A program made the translations under genes and the position numbers. The notes under the pieces were generated by a model. The model made no database searches, was not told the DNA's origin, and saw only the letters and a list, made by a program, of their open reading frames with translations. Below, piece by piece: positions 20,680 to 38,139 of a stretch of DNA of 64,000 nt. Source of the stretch: Candidatus Multivoradales bacterium. Lineage in GTDB: Bacteria > Acidobacteriota > Thermoanaerobaculia > Multivoradales > J023. The stretch spans positions 1,792,001-1,856,000 of the forward strand of contig CBDFLE010000006.1 of assembly GCA_965248925.1 (NCBI GenBank), read 5' to 3'. Within the stretch, counting starts at the first letter, position 1. Each line of letters opens with the position of its first letter.

Positions 20680-21195
20680 CTAAGTGCCAGTTTCGGCATT
20701 CTCCGCGTTCTTGGGCGGCAATCGACGCAAGCGCCGCACATCGGCTTCTTGGCGTAGGTTGCGCAGGGCCTCGAAGGTCGCCTTGACGACATTCTGAGGG
20801 TTGGTGGTGCCCAGGGATTTGGTCAGGATGTCGTGAATTCCGGCACATTCGATGACCGCTCGCACCGGGCCGCCAGCTATCACCCCGGTACCCGGTGATG
20901 CTGGTTTGAGCAGCACTTTACCGGCGCCAAAGATGCCGACAATCTCGTGCGGGATGGTCGCGTCTTTGACCGGCACGGTGATCATGCTCTTCTTCGCTAT
21001 TTCGATGCCCTTGCGAATGGCCATCGGAACTTCCTTCGCCTTGCCCTGCCCCCAGCCAACACGGCCGGAGCCATCGCCGATAACCATCAGCGCGGAAAAG
21101 GAGAAATTCTTGCCGCCCTTGACCACCTTGGTCACGCGGTTGATGTATACGACCTGCTCGATGAAATCGCGTTCGCGATCGAAATCCCTAGCCAC
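20680..21195 (-). CDS. rpsE: 30S ribosomal protein S5
   Basis: [14 protein letters not shown]; [11 protein letters not shown]. Confidence 0.98.
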   Translation of the reverse strand: MARDFDRERDFIEQVVYINRVTKVVKGGKNFSFSALMVIGDGSGRVGWGQGKAKEVPMAIRKGIEIAKKSMITVPVKDATIPHEIVGIFGAGKVLLKPASPGTGVIAGGPVRAVIECAGIHDILTKSLGTTNPQNVVKATFEALRNLRQEADVRRLRRLPPKNAENAETGT

Positions 21196-21226
21196 TCTAC
21201 GTACTCCTTGTCCGTTTCAGCAGGGC

Positions 21227-21610
21227 CTAGAAAACCAGGCCCTTGCCGCGGGCACCGTCGGCCAACTCTTTGATCTTGCCATGATAGACGTAACCGCCGC
21301 GATCAAAAACCACCTGCTCGACACCGTTCTTCTTGGCCCGCTCGGCAATCGCCTCACCCACAGCCTTGGCCGCGCTGCGGCTCGACGTCGAGCCCTCTAC
21401 GTCGGCGAGCAAACTCGACTCAGCGGACGTGGCCTGCGCCAAAGTACGCCCAGTCTGGTCGTCAATCACCTGCGCGGAGATATACCGCAACGACTTGTGG
21501 ACCGCCAAGCGCGGACGCTCGGCACTGCCTTGGACGCGCTGCCGCAGGCGTTGGTGAGACCGCTTGCGCCGCTGATGCTTGGCGCGGACTTTCTTTCCTT
21601 GATCGCTCAT
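21227..21610 (-). CDS. rplR: 50S ribosomal protein L18
   Basis: RPRL.V.KS; VFDRGGY.YHG. Confidence 0.97.
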   Translation of the reverse strand: MSDQGKKVRAKHQRRKRSHQRLRQRVQGSAERPRLAVHKSLRYISAQVIDDQTGRTLAQATSAESSLLADVEGSTSSRSAAKAVGEAIAERAKKNGVEQVVFDRGGYVYHGKIKELADGARGKGLVF

Positions 21611-21631
21611 CGAATTCTCTCCCGGCCGGAG

Positions 21632-22171
21632 CTAACGGGCACCAGCCTTGCCGACCTTGCGGCGGATATGCTCGCCGCTGTATCGAATGCCCTTTGCCTT
21701 GTAGGGATCCGGTGGCCGCAGGCTGCGAATCTCCGCCGCCACTTGCCCTACCGCCTGGCGGTCGGCACCACGCACGGTGATCTTGTTGTTTTTATCGATC
21801 TCTACCTCGATTCCCCTGGGGATCGAGAAGATGACTGGATGGGAAAAGCCCAGGGCAAAATGTGCCTCCTTGCCCTTGACCTCGGCCCGGTAGCCTACAC
21901 CGACGATCTCGAGGCTCTTGACGAAACCCTCGGTGACCCCAAGCACGGCGTTGGCGAGCAGCGCCCGAGACAAGCCGTGTTTTGCCCGCACCGCGCCGGA
22001 GTCGTTGATCCGGCCGACTTTGATCTGGCCGTCTTCGATCTCTATCGGGCACTCGCGGAACACGGGCGCAGTGACCGTGCCCTTGGGGCCTTCAGCGGTG
22101 AACACATCACCATCGATTTTGACCTTCGCCGCCTTAGGCAGCGGGATCGGCTGTTTTCCGATTCGCGACAT
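21632..22171 (-). CDS. rplF: 50S ribosomal protein L6
   Basis: MSRIGKQPI; RPPDPYK.KGIRY. Confidence 0.98.
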   Translation of the reverse strand: MSRIGKQPIPLPKAAKVKIDGDVFTAEGPKGTVTAPVFRECPIEIEDGQIKVGRINDSGAVRAKHGLSRALLANAVLGVTEGFVKSLEIVGVGYRAEVKGKEAHFALGFSHPVIFSIPRGIEVEIDKNNKITVRGADRQAVGQVAAEIRSLRPPDPYKAKGIRYSGEHIRRKVGKAGAR

Positions 22172-22202
22172 CGTTACTATTCCCGGAGAAAAACCGGGCT
22201 CC

Positions 22203-22601
22203 TTACCAGATCTCGCACAGGACCTCGCCACCGATACGGGCGGCGCGCGCCTGCCGATCGCTGAGGAGACCCTTGGAGGTGGAGATGATCGACACACCGA
22301 TGCCGTTGAGTATCGGCTTGATGTCGTCCGCACCGCGATAGACTCGACGCCCCGGCTTGGAGACTCGCGCCAAACGCTGAATCGCCGGCACACCGGCTTC
22401 GTTGTAGCGCAGGAAGATCCGCAGGACATCCTGCGGCTGGTTCTCAATGCGCTCGAATCCATCGATGTAGCCTTCTTCGACCAACACCGCGCAGACGCGC
22501 TCCTTCATTCTCGAGATTGGCAAGTCGAGACGGTCATGCTTGACCATCAGCGCGTTGCGAATTCGCGTTAAGAGGTCCGCGATCGGATCTGTCATGCTCA
22601 T
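22203..22601 (-). CDS. rpsH: 30S ribosomal protein S8
   Basis: [15 protein letters not shown]; SKPGRRVY; GGEVLC. Confidence 0.98.
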   Translation of the reverse strand: MSMTDPIADLLTRIRNALMVKHDRLDLPISRMKERVCAVLVEEGYIDGFERIENQPQDVLRIFLRYNEAGVPAIQRLARVSKPGRRVYRGADDIKPILNGIGVSIISTSKGLLSDRQARAARIGGEVLCEIW

Positions 22602-22632
22602 GCTGGCTTCTCCGTTTCCTATCCGTCTCGGC

Positions 22633-23256
22633 TCAGGGAGCACCCTGCTCGGCGAACGGGATACCCAGTTCCTTGAGCAAGAAGTGAGCACGCTCGTCGT
22701 TAGGCGAGGTGGTGACGATGGTGATGTTCATACCCTTCGAACGATCGTGGTTGCTGCTGTCGACTTCGGGAAAAATCAAGTGGTCCTTGATTCCCAGAGT
22801 GTAGTTCCCGCGGCCGTCGAAGCTGCGGTTCGGTACCCCACGAAAGTCACGTACTCGCGGCAAGGCACTCAAGATTAGCCGATCAAGGAAATCCCACATA
22901 CGACCGCCACGCAGGGTAACGCGACAGCCGATCGGCATTCCCTCGCGCAGCTTAAAGGCTGCGATCGACCGCTTGGCCCGAGTAATACAGGCGTGCTGGC
23001 CGGCGATCGCGGTCAGCTCTACCTGGGCGTCGTCGAGCAGCTTGATGTTGCGGGTAGCTTCACCAAGGCCGATATTGAGGTTGATTTTGTCCAAGCGAGG
23101 CACCGCCATGACGTTGCCGATGGCGAATTCCTTCTGCATTTTCGCCAGCACTTCATTGCAGTACTGAGCACTCAGACGCGGCACGTAGTTGGCGTCGACA
23201 TCTCGACCGTCGGAGTTGATACCGGCGGCGCCTTTGGCGGCTTTCTTTTTGGCCAT
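22633..23256 (-). CDS. rplE: 50S ribosomal protein L5
   Basis: [16 protein letters not shown]; LPRVRDFRG; FDGRGNY. Confidence 0.98.
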   Translation of the reverse strand: MAKKKAAKGAAGINSDGRDVDANYVPRLSAQYCNEVLAKMQKEFAIGNVMAVPRLDKINLNIGLGEATRNIKLLDDAQVELTAIAGQHACITRAKRSIAAFKLREGMPIGCRVTLRGGRMWDFLDRLILSALPRVRDFRGVPNRSFDGRGNYTLGIKDHLIFPEVDSSNHDRSKGMNITIVTTSPNDERAHFLLKELGIPFAEQGAP

Positions 23257-23281
23257 TTACAGCTACTCCACAGAACCCGGC

Positions 23282-23605
23282 TCAGTTGAGCTCGGCTCCT
23301 GAAACTTTCGCCACGCGGACGCCGCGGCCATCTTCGAGTCGCTTGCGCCCGATGCGTGTCGGCTTGCCGGAATCCGGGTCGATCACTTTCAAGTTGGAGA
23401 TCCGGATCGGCGCTTCGCGCTCGACAATTCCACCCTGCACCTGCTTCTGCGGGTTGGGGCGAGTATGCTTTTTCACCAGGTTCACGCGCTCGACGATAAC
23501 CCGGCCAGTTCGCGGGAAAACCCTGAGCACACGGCCCTTGGCTCCCTTGTCGCGACCGGCGATCACCAGCACCTGGTCATTCTTCTTGATTCTCAGCTTC
23601 GGCAT
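23282..23605 (-). CDS. rplX: 50S ribosomal protein L24
   Basis: KOW motif [14 protein letters not shown]. Confidence 0.97.
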   Translation of the reverse strand: MPKLRIKKNDQVLVIAGRDKGAKGRVLRVFPRTGRVIVERVNLVKKHTRPNPQKQVQGGIVEREAPIRISNLKVIDPDSGKPTRIGRKRLEDGRGVRVAKVSGAELN

Positions 23606-23633
23606 TGCCTTCCTCTAGCTTCGTCGGTTTGGC

Positions 23634-24002
23634 TCAGAGAACTTCGGGGGCGAGAGAGACGATCTTCATGAACTTCTTCTCCCGCAACTCCCGTGCCACG
23701 GGGCCAAAAACGCGGGTACCTACCGGCTCGCGGGAATCATCGACCAGCACGGCGGAGTTTGTGTCGAAGCGGATGTAGCTACCATCCTTGCGGCGGTACG
23801 CTTTACGGGTACGCACGATGACCGCTTTTACCACCTCGCCCTTTTTCACCGTCCCGTCTGGAATGGCCTCTTTGACCGAGCCCGTAAAGAGATCGCCCAG
23901 CCCTCCATATTGCCCGGTCGAGCCGCCGAGCAACTGAATGCAGAAGATCTTCTTGGCACCAGAATTGTCGGCTACATCGAGAATAGTTCCCATCTGTATC
24001 AT
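23634..24002 (-). CDS. rplN: 50S ribosomal protein L14
   Basis: MIQ....L.VADNSGAK; [10 protein letters not shown]. Confidence 0.98.
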   Translation of the reverse strand: MIQMGTILDVADNSGAKKIFCIQLLGGSTGQYGGLGDLFTGSVKEAIPDGTVKKGEVVKAVIVRTRKAYRRKDGSYIRFDTNSAVLVDDSREPVGTRVFGPVARELREKKFMKIVSLAPEVL

Positions 24003-24005
24003 GGC

Positions 24006-24284
24006 TTAGCTCTCCACCGCGCGCGCGACGATTTCACGCACCCGCCAGCGCTTGCGCTTCGACAGCGGCCGGCTCTGGACGATCACCACCCGATCGCCGG
24101 AGCGACACTCGTTGCTCTCGTCGTGAGCGGTGAACCGCTTGGTCCGCTTCATGTAGCGCTGGTAGAGAGAATGCATGATCGTGCGCTCAACCATCACCGT
24201 GACGGTTTTGTCCATCTTGTCGCTGACCACGGTTCCCGTAAGAACCTGCCGACGACCTCTTTCTTGGTCTGACGTTTCCGTCAT
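24006..24284 (-). CDS. rpsQ: 30S ribosomal protein S17
   Basis: [12 protein letters not shown]; RPLSK.KRW. Confidence 0.97.
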   Translation of the reverse strand: MTETSDQERGRRQVLTGTVVSDKMDKTVTVMVERTIMHSLYQRYMKRTKRFTAHDESNECRSGDRVVIVQSRPLSKRKRWRVREIVARAVES

Positions 24285-24320
24285 CGCTAGTAACTCCTCT
24301 CTCCTGCCGGGCCGCGAGGC

Positions 24321-24515
24321 CTACGACGAGGCTTCCTTTTCACGCAGCACGGTCAGCACTCGAGCCAGATTACGACGAGCCTGCGATACCTTCGCTGGAC
24401 TCTCGATCTGACCGGTGGTCTTCTGTAGTCGCAAAGTGAATAGCTGCTGCGCTAGGTCGTTCTCCTTGTCGCGCAACTCTTCACGGGTCATTTCACGTAG
24501 CTCGGACGCTTTCAT
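24321..24515 (-). CDS. rpmC: 50S ribosomal protein L29
   Basis: MKASELR...LF.LR.Q...GQ. Confidence 0.95.
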   Translation of the reverse strand: MKASELREMTREELRDKENDLAQQLFTLRLQKTTGQIESPAKVSQARRNLARVLTVLREKEASS

Positions 24516-24527
24516 CGTCAACCCCTA

Positions 24528-24941
24528 CTAATTCTCATGCCGGCTCAAGAACCGAGTCTTGATTGCCAGCTTATGCCGTGCCCGCAAGATAGCTTCGCGC
24601 GCCAGCTCTGGATCTACACCTTCGAGTTCGTAGAGCACGCGGCCGGGTTTGACCACCGCGACCCATTCTTCCGGGCTACCCTTACCCTTACCCATCCGGG
24701 TCTCGAGCGGCTTCTTGGTGATCGGCTTGTCAGGAAAGATCCGGATCCACACCTTGCCACCACGTTTGATATGCCGGGTAATGGCAATACGCGCGGCTTC
24801 GATCTGCCGGGCGGTAACCCAACCGGGCTCCAACGCCTGCAGGCCGTAATCACCAAAGGAGAGTTTGTCTCCACCCTTGGCCCGCCCGCGCATTCGACCG
24901 CGGTGGTGCTTTCTGAACTTGACCTTCTTCGGCATCAACAT
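24528..24941 (-). CDS. rplP: 50S ribosomal protein L16
   Basis: [11 protein letters not shown]; RMGKGKG. Confidence 0.98.
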   Translation of the reverse strand: MLMPKKVKFRKHHRGRMRGRAKGGDKLSFGDYGLQALEPGWVTARQIEAARIAITRHIKRGGKVWIRIFPDKPITKKPLETRMGKGKGSPEEWVAVVKPGRVLYELEGVDPELAREAILRARHKLAIKTRFLSRHEN

Positions 24942-24961
24942 GGCAGCAACCTCTTAGAATC

Positions 24962-25612
24962 TCAAGAACCCGGGCGACGGGTCTTCTCCTTGAGCAAGTC
25001 TCCCTTGTAGACCCACACTTTGACGCCAATCACGCCGTAGGAGGTGCGCGCTTCGGCAAAGCCGTAATCGATGTCCGCTTTGAGGGTGTGGAGCGGCAGA
25101 CGGCCGTCCTGATACCACTCGCGGCGCGCGATTTCGGCGCCGCCCAAACGCCCGGAAATCATGATTTTGACACCTTTAGCGCCGAAACGGAAGGACGATT
25201 CCATCGCCTTCTTCATCGCCCGCCGGAAGGCAATCCGGCGAATCAGCTGGCCACCGATCTGCTCCGCCACCAACTGGGCATCGAGTTCGGGACGCTGAAT
25301 CTCCTGGATGTTGATGTGCACTTCGCGGCCGGTCAGCTTGCGGAGATCGTCACGCAGCTTGTCCACCTCAGCACCCTTACGGCCGATGATGATACCCGGA
25401 CGAGAGGTGTAGATGGTGACCCGCAGGCGATCCGCAGCGCGCTCGATGTCAATCTCGCTCACACCAGCGTGTGACAGGCGTTTCTTCAACCGCTTTCGCA
25501 GATCGAGATCCTGATGCAAGATCTTGGCGTAGTCGCCCTCGGCGAACCAGCGCGAGCGCCAAGTCTTGTTGTAAGACAGGCGAAACCCGTAGGGGTGCGT
25601 TTTCTGACCCAC
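24962..25612 (-). CDS. rpsC: 30S ribosomal protein S3
   Basis: [12 protein letters not shown]; [10 protein letters not shown]; GTG start. Confidence 0.98.
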   Translation of the reverse strand: MGQKTHPYGFRLSYNKTWRSRWFAEGDYAKILHQDLDLRKRLKKRLSHAGVSEIDIERAADRLRVTIYTSRPGIIIGRKGAEVDKLRDDLRKLTGREVHINIQEIQRPELDAQLVAEQIGGQLIRRIAFRRAMKKAMESSFRFGAKGVKIMISGRLGGAEIARREWYQDGRLPLHTLKADIDYGFAEARTSYGVIGVKVWVYKGDLLKEKTRRPGS

Positions 25613-25615
25613 GCT

Positions 25616-25978
25616 CTATCTCCTTCCTTCCGACTCGTCGACTTTGCGCGTCTCGAGCTTGACCGTTATGTGGCTCTGCCGCTTCAATTTGCGGTAGGCA
25701 CGGCCCATGGTAGTGAACCAGATGCGCTTCATCGCCGGGCCGCCATCGACAAAGATCTCTTTGACGTACAGCTGATCGACATCAAGCTCGTCGTCGCGGT
25801 TCTCGGCGTTGGCAACTGCTGCCCGCAGCAGTTTCTCCAAATGCAGAGCCGCATATTTCTTGGTGTTCTGCAAGATGTCAACCGCTTCCTGTACATCCCG
25901 ACCGCGCACCAGATCGGCTACCAACCGAACTTTTTGCGGTGAGGACTGCAGGTGGCGTAGACGTGCTGTGAATTCCAT
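25616..25978 (-). CDS. rplV: 50S ribosomal protein L22
   Basis: SPQKVRLVADLVRG; A.ANAE; position in S10 operon. Confidence 0.96.
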   Translation of the reverse strand: MEFTARLRHLQSSPQKVRLVADLVRGRDVQEAVDILQNTKKYAALHLEKLLRAAVANAENRDDELDVDQLYVKEIFVDGGPAMKRIWFTTMGRAYRKLKRQSHITVKLETRKVDESEGRR

Positions 25979-25989
25979 CGCCGACTCCT

Positions 25990-26277
25990 CTAGCGGCGCG
26001 CCGACGCCATGCGCTCACGACGTCCAGCGTGACCGCGGAAAGTCCGTGTCATGGCGAACTCGCCGAGCTTGTGACCCACCATATTTTCGCTGATGTAGAC
26101 CGGGATGAACTTGATCCCGTTATGCACAGCGATAGTGTGCCCGACCATATCCGGCGTCACCGTCGAGCGTCGTGACCAGGTCTTGATAACCCGCTTTTGA
26201 CCGCTCTCGTTCATTCTGTCTACCTTCACGATCAGGTGTTGATCGACGAAGAATCCCTTCTTTAATGACCTGGACAT
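25990..26277 (-). CDS. rpsS: 30S ribosomal protein S19
   Basis: MSRSLKKG; KTWSRRS; MVGHKLGEF. Confidence 0.98.
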   Translation of the reverse strand: MSRSLKKGFFVDQHLIVKVDRMNESGQKRVIKTWSRRSTVTPDMVGHTIAVHNGIKFIPVYISENMVGHKLGEFAMTRTFRGHAGRRERMASARR

Positions 26278-26286
26278 AGCCGCCCC

Positions 26287-27120
26287 TTAACGCTTCTTCT
26301 TGCGCCGACGCACGATCATGCCGTCGGTCCGCTTGTTGTTACGGGTCTTGTAGCCCTTGGTGGGCACACCCCAGGGCGTACAGGGATGACGACCGCCACT
26401 TGAGCGCCCCTCACCACCGCCCATCGGGTGGTCTACCGGATTCATGGTGACGCCACGGTTGTGTGGCCGTCGCCCGAGCCAACGCTTGCGACCGGCCTTG
26501 CCAAGCGAGATCACGTCATGCTCTGAGTTGCCAACCTCACCGATAGTTGCATAGCAGTTCAGGTGCACCTTGCGCACCTCACCAGACGGCAACCTGACCT
26601 GCGCATATCCCGCATCCTTGGCCATCAGCTGCGCCGAAGTTCCGGCGCTGCGCACCATCTGCCCGCCCTTGCCGATCTTCAACTCGATGTTGTGAATCAA
26701 CGTGCCGAGGGGAATCCTGTGTAGCGGTAAGGCATTGCCGGGATTGATCTCCGCCTCTGGTCCTGAGACCACCGAACTCCCAACTTCCAGCCCTTTGGGC
26801 CAAAGGATGTAGGTTTTGGCGCCGTCCGCGTAGTGCAGTAGCGCGATCCGCGCCGAGCGGTTCGGGTCGTACTCGAGGGTCGCTACCTTGGCCGGCACGC
26901 CGTGCTTCTGGCGCCGGAAATCGATGATACGGTACCGCCGCTTGTGACCGCCGCCGCGAAAGCGCACGGTGATCCGACCGCGGTTATTGCGCCCACCAAT
27001 CCGTTTCTTGCCCTCGGTCAGCGCCTTCTCAGGCTTGGTTTTGGCAGTCAGCTCCTTGAAAGTCGCCGACGTCTTGAAGCGACTACCAGGGCTAGTCGGA
27101 CGGTATTGTTTGACAGCCAT
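26287..27120 (-). CDS. rplB: 50S ribosomal protein L2
   Basis: [13 protein letters not shown]; MNPVDHP.GGGEG. Confidence 0.98.
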   Translation of the reverse strand: MAVKQYRPTSPGSRFKTSATFKELTAKTKPEKALTEGKKRIGGRNNRGRITVRFRGGGHKRRYRIIDFRRQKHGVPAKVATLEYDPNRSARIALLHYADGAKTYILWPKGLEVGSSVVSGPEAEINPGNALPLHRIPLGTLIHNIELKIGKGGQMVRSAGTSAQLMAKDAGYAQVRLPSGEVRKVHLNCYATIGEVGNSEHDVISLGKAGRKRWLGRRPHNRGVTMNPVDHPMGGGEGRSSGGRHPCTPWGVPTKGYKTRNNKRTDGMIVRRRKKKR

Positions 27121-27122
27121 GC

Positions 27123-27413
27123 TCAGACCCCTTCGAAGAACTCGATCGGCTTCTGGCCGTCAACGAGCCGCACGTAGGCTTTTTTCCAGTCCGGTTGACG
27201 GCCGACGAAGCGACCCTGCCGGCGCGTCTTACCATGCACGCGGGAGACCCGAACCTCCGCCACCTTGACCTTGAACTGCACTTCTACGGCCCGGCGGATC
27301 TCGATCTTGTTGGCGTCACGGGCTACCTCAAAGGCATAGATCGGGCAAGTTTCCCGCATCACAGTAGCCTTCTCGGTGATCAGTGGCCGGCGAATGACAT
27401 CTTGCACTCTCAT
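27123..27413 (-). CDS. rplW: 50S ribosomal protein L23
   Basis: PLITEKA; ANK.EI..AVE..F; WKKAYV. Confidence 0.97.
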   Translation of the reverse strand: MRVQDVIRRPLITEKATVMRETCPIYAFEVARDANKIEIRRAVEVQFKVKVAEVRVSRVHGKTRRQGRFVGRQPDWKKAYVRLVDGQKPIEFFEGV

Positions 27414-28033
27414 TTGCTGAGCACCTCTACCAGGGTTGCGAGAGCCGCCTCGCTCAACACCAGATGTTCTCGATCGATGACATCGTAGACGTTGACCGCC
27501 AACGCATCGACACTCTTCACCTGAGGATTGTTGCGGGCAGCTAGCCGGAGGTTGTCGTTGTCCCGCGAATCCACCAAGAGAGTTTTGGCAGCAAGACCCA
27601 GGCCGGCGAGCACGGAAGCGAGCCCACGAGTCCGATGATCTTGCAACTCCAAGCTGTCGAGCACCAGAATCTGCTCGTCCGCCAGTTTGCGCGACAACAC
27701 CGACTTGAGAGCGTTCTTCTTCTCCCGCACGCTCAGCCCCATGACGTAGGAGCGCGGCTGAGGCCCGTGGGAAATTCCACCCTTGTGCCGATTCGGACTG
27801 CGCGCATCGCCTACCCGAGAACGGCCAGTGCCCTTCTGCCGCCACAGCTTGCGGCCAGAGCCAGCAACCTCGGCGCGGGTCTTGGTCTTGTGGGTACCGC
27901 GACGCTGGGCCGCCATGTAGGCGCGCACTGCGGTGTGAATGAGGTGTTCCTTATAGGGATAGGCGAACACCTCTTCTGGCAGGTCAATTTCTTTGACCTT
28001 CTTGCTCTGACAGCTCTTGACCGTGATCTTCAT
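27410..28033 (-). CDS. rplD: 50S ribosomal protein L4
   Basis: GTHKTKTRAEV.GSGRK.WRQKGTGR. Confidence 0.97.
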   Translation of the reverse strand: MKITVKSCQSKKVKEIDLPEEVFAYPYKEHLIHTAVRAYMAAQRRGTHKTKTRAEVAGSGRKLWRQKGTGRSRVGDARSPNRHKGGISHGPQPRSYVMGLSVREKKNALKSVLSRKLADEQILVLDSLELQDHRTRGLASVLAGLGLAAKTLLVDSRDNDNLRLAARNNPQVKSVDALAVNVYDVIDREHLVLSEAALATLVEVLSK

Positions 28034-28050
28034 GACCGTAGAACCCCCCA

Positions 28051-28680
28051 TCAACCGCGCTTGGCGGGTCGCAAAGCGATGAAACTATTGCGCGCACCAG
28101 GCACTGCGCCCTTGAGATAGATGAGGTTTTCTTCCTCGTTGACCTTCACTACTCTCACGTTCTTCACCGTCACCCGCTTGCCGCCCATACGACCCGGCAG
28201 CTTGACTCCCGGGAACACCCGAGAGGGGTAGGCGGCTTGGCCGATCGAACCTGGCGAGCGGTGAAACATCGAACCATGGGTCGCCCCGCCACCGCTGAAG
28301 CCGTGACGCTTGATGACCCCTTGGAAACCGCGCCCCTTGCTGGTTCCAACAACGTCGACGTAGTCGTCTTCGGCGAACACCGTCGCCACGATCTCGTCTC
28401 CAGGTTGCGCCGGATCATCAGCTTCTACCTTGAACTCCACGATGCGACGGGTCGGCTCGACGCCGTTCTTCTCGAAGTGACCACGCAAGGGCTTGATGAC
28501 GTTGCGCGGCGGACGGTCTTCAACCAAGCCAATCTGCACAGCTTCGTAACCGTCTACTTCATCGGTCTTGCGCTGAACCACTTTACAGGGTCCCGCTTTG
28601 ACCACCGTCACCGGAACCACCTTGCCGTCTTCGGCGAAGATCTGGGTCATTCCGACTTTGATGCCGAGGATGCCTTTCAT
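28051..28680 (-). CDS. rplC: 50S ribosomal protein L3
   Basis: G.K.GMTQ.F; [11 protein letters not shown]; GRMGG. Confidence 0.98.
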   Translation of the reverse strand: MKGILGIKVGMTQIFAEDGKVVPVTVVKAGPCKVVQRKTDEVDGYEAVQIGLVEDRPPRNVIKPLRGHFEKNGVEPTRRIVEFKVEADDPAQPGDEIVATVFAEDDYVDVVGTSKGRGFQGVIKRHGFSGGGATHGSMFHRSPGSIGQAAYPSRVFPGVKLPGRMGGKRVTVKNVRVVKVNEEENLIYLKGAVPGARNSFIALRPAKRG

Positions 28681-28694
28681 CAGGGTCGCTCCTC

Positions 28695-29012
<318 letters not shown>

Positions 29013-29058
29013 CTTCTGTCCTTATAGCCGGGCGGTGATCCCTTGCAGCTACCTTTCC

Positions 29059-30243
29059 TTACTCAATGATTTCGGAGACCGTGCCGGCGCCAACCGTGCG
29101 GCCACCTTCGCGGATAGCAAAGCGCACGCCCTTTTCCATGGCGATCGGCGCGATCAACTGGACCGACAGCGCCACGTTGTCGCCCGGCATCACCATCTCC
29201 ACCCCTGCGGGCAGCTCTGAGGCACCGGTGACGTCGGTGGTGCGGAAGTAGAACTGCGGCCGATAGCCGTTGAAGAACGGCGTATGACGCCCCCCTTCTT
29301 CTTTGTTCAGCACGTAGACTTCGCCGTTGAACTTGGTATGCGGGTTGATCGAGCCGGGCTGGGCCAACACCTGACCGCGCTCGACCTCGTTCTTCTTGGT
29401 GCCGCGCAGCAAGATGCCTACGTTGTCCCCCGCCTCACCCTGATCGAGCAACTTGCGGAACATCTCGACCCCGGTGACCACCGTCGTGGCGGTGTCGCGG
29501 ATGCCGATGATCTCGATCGACTCGCCGACCTTGACCACTCCACGCTCGATCCGCCCGGTCACTACCGTGCCACGGCCCTGGATGGTGAAGATGTCCTCGA
29601 TCGGCATCAAGAAAGGCTTGTCGATCTCGCGCTCCGGCTGCGGAATGTATTCATCGCAGGCGGCCATCAACTCCATGATCTTCTCGCTCCAGGCCTCGTC
29701 GCCCTCAAGGGCCTTGAGTGCCGAGCCCTGGATGATCGGGATGTCGTCGCCGGGAAAGTCGTAGGAACTCAGCAGCTCCCGCAGCTCCATTTCGACCAGC
29801 TCCAGCAGCTCTTCGTCGTCCACCACGTCGCATTTGTTCATGAACACGACCATCGAAGGCACGCCTACTTGACGCGCCAACAGGATGTGCTCGCGAGTCT
29901 GCGGCATCGGGCCATCAGCGGCCGAGACCACCAGGATAGCGCCGTCCATCTGCGCCGCGCCGGTGATCATGTTCTTCACGTAGTCGGCGTGACCTGGGCA
30001 GTCGACGTGAGCGTAGTGCCGATTCTCGGTCTCGTACTCCACATGCGCGGTAGCGATGGTGATGCCACGCTCGCGCTCTTCAGGAGCCTTGTCGATATTG
30101 TCGAAAGCGGTGAACTCCGCCAGACCCTTGTCAGCCAGAACTTTGGTGATCGCCGCCGTCAACGTCGTCTTGCCATGATCGACGTGGCCGATCGTGCCGA
30201 TGTTGACATGCGGTTTCGTCCGCTCGAATTTCTCTTTCGCCAT
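29059..30243 (-). CDS. tuf: Elongation factor Tu (str-operon copy)
   Basis: [27 protein letters not shown]; 394 aa. Confidence 0.99.
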   Translation of the reverse strand: MAKEKFERTKPHVNIGTIGHVDHGKTTLTAAITKVLADKGLAEFTAFDNIDKAPEERERGITIATAHVEYETENRHYAHVDCPGHADYVKNMITGAAQMDGAILVVSAADGPMPQTREHILLARQVGVPSMVVFMNKCDVVDDEELLELVEMELRELLSSYDFPGDDIPIIQGSALKALEGDEAWSEKIMELMAACDEYIPQPEREIDKPFLMPIEDIFTIQGRGTVVTGRIERGVVKVGESIEIIGIRDTATTVVTGVEMFRKLLDQGEAGDNVGILLRGTKKNEVERGQVLAQPGSINPHTKFNGEVYVLNKEEGGRHTPFFNGYRPQFYFRTTDVTGASELPAGVEMVMPGDNVALSVQLIAPIAMEKGVRFAIREGGRTVGAGTVSEIIE

Positions 30244-30348
30244 CGCTTCCTCCTCGCCTGCCCGCTCCGCCTCGGCACCCAGCACCGGTGGCTTTCTAAC
30301 TACGAGCCAAAAAGGGATCCTCGTTCATCTACTCGCTACAACCAGACC

Positions 30349-32424
<2,076 letters not shown>

Positions 32425-32532
32425 GACTGCGATCTCTGAAACCCACCCTTACAGGCGGCAATGATTCTCTCGATATTTAGCGGCCCGCGCCCCCACCAGG
32501 GGACCGCGGCCAAAATCTCGAACTGAAGCGAT

Positions 32533-33003
32533 CTACCAGCGATAGTGCGCGAACGCCTTATTGGCTTCCGCCATGCGGTGAGTATCTTCACGCCGCTTCG
32601 CCGCGGCGCCGCGATTCTCAGCCGCTTCCATCAACTCGTTGGCCAGCCGCTGACGCATGGTCTTTTCGCCACGCCGCAGAGCGCTCTGAATCAACCAACG
32701 CATCGACAGGGCCAATCGCCGAGCCGGTCGCACTTCAATCGGCACCTGATAGGTCGAACCGCCGACCCGACGGGACTTCACCTCAACAGCGGGCTTGACG
32801 TTCTCGACCGCCTTCTTGAAGACTTTCATCGGATCGTCTTCGGTGCGCTCACGGATGGACGCTAGAGCGGAATACATGATGCGCTCGGCGATCGACTTCT
32901 TGCCGTCCACCATCATCACGTTGACAAACTTGGTCAACAGCTGCGACTTATAAACCGGATCCGGCAGGATCTCGCGCTTGGGAACTTCACGACGCCTGGG
33001 CAT
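32533..33003 (-). CDS. rpsG: 30S ribosomal protein S7
   Basis: MPRRR; [11 protein letters not shown]; [15 protein letters not shown]. Confidence 0.98.
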   Translation of the reverse strand: MPRRREVPKREILPDPVYKSQLLTKFVNVMMVDGKKSIAERIMYSALASIRERTEDDPMKVFKKAVENVKPAVEVKSRRVGGSTYQVPIEVRPARRLALSMRWLIQSALRRGEKTMRQRLANELMEAAENRGAAAKRREDTHRMAEANKAFAHYRW

Positions 33004-33026
33004 TTTCTACTCGCCTCCTGCTCTAC

Positions 33027-33401
33027 TCAGGCCTTGGGCCGCTTGGTACCGTATTTGGAACGACCGCGCCGCCGCCCCTCGACACCAACAGCGTCGAGCG
33101 TACCGCGAACCACGTGATAGCGCACTCCAGGCAGATCTTTCACCCGCCCACCCCGGATCAGCACAATCGAGTGCTCCTGCAAATTATGGCCGACCCCGGG
33201 AATATAGGTCGTAACCTCGATCCCGTTGGTCAGGCGAACACGAGCTACTTTACGCAACGCCGAGTTCGGCTTCTTGGGCGTCTGAGTGTAGACCCGAACA
33301 CAGACACCACGCTTCTGCGGCGAAGCCTGCAACGCTGGGCTCTTGGTCTTCGACACCTGGCGCTTGCGCCCTTTGCGAACCAGTTGATGAATCGTCGGCA
33401 T
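33027..33401 (-). CDS. rpsL: 30S ribosomal protein S12
   Basis: MPTI.QLVRKGR; [10 protein letters not shown]; RVKDLPGV. Confidence 0.99.
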   Translation of the reverse strand: MPTIHQLVRKGRKRQVSKTKSPALQASPQKRGVCVRVYTQTPKKPNSALRKVARVRLTNGIEVTTYIPGVGHNLQEHSIVLIRGGRVKDLPGVRYHVVRGTLDAVGVEGRRRGRSKYGTKRPKA

Positions 33402-33629
33402 CCGACCAAATCTCCTAGTACCGCGCACCTACCCCGAGCAGGCTTACGGCCTTGACCTACAGTGACTCGTCTGTCTCTGAAGCACCCGCGCGAAATCGCG
33501 GGTAACACTTGCCAGTCGAGCTGTCGAAAAGCGTGGCGAAGAGGAAGGATCGTCAGAGGGCCATCATCGAGAGGCAAGCGCCCGGAAGAGCGCTCCCGAC
33601 TGAACCAACTCCTTGCCGCGGGACGGGAG

Positions 33630-33658
33630 AATTTAGCAAAGGCAAACCGAGGCGTCAA
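33630..33658 (-). promoter_or_regulatory. Putative sigma-70 promoter of str operon
   Basis: Minus strand TTGACG-17 nt-TAAATT with extended -10 TG and GC-rich discriminator. Confidence 0.7.
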
Positions 33659-33817
33659 CCCTCAAGTGAAGGAATCTTCACTGCGGTTTGTCTGCGGCCG
33701 GTTCACCAACTCCGCTGATCTCCCCGAGGGTACTGTATCAGAGAGCCCAGGCCCAAAGCGAGCCTTATCCCGCCCGCCCAGGCTTAACGCTACTATCAGA
33801 CGGTTCTACACCCTACA

Positions 33818-33849
33818 CCAAGGGCCAGCTCCGCGGAGCCGGCCCTTGG
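33818..33849 (-). terminator. GC-rich hairpin downstream of rpoC (possible terminator or processing stem)
   Basis: CCAAGGGCCAGCTCC-GC-GGAGCCGGCCCTTGG near-perfect inverted repeat; no clear U-tract. Confidence 0.45.
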
Positions 33850-33879
33850 ATGCAAGGCAGAGTATAGGCGAGTAGGCGA

Positions 33880-38058
<4,179 letters not shown>

Positions 38059-38139
38059 GGGTGACCTCCTTATGGCCTGCCTCAGACCGTGTAGTGCTCG
38101 ATTGCGGGGCTGCGCTGCTCGATTCTCGCGCTCCGCGTA

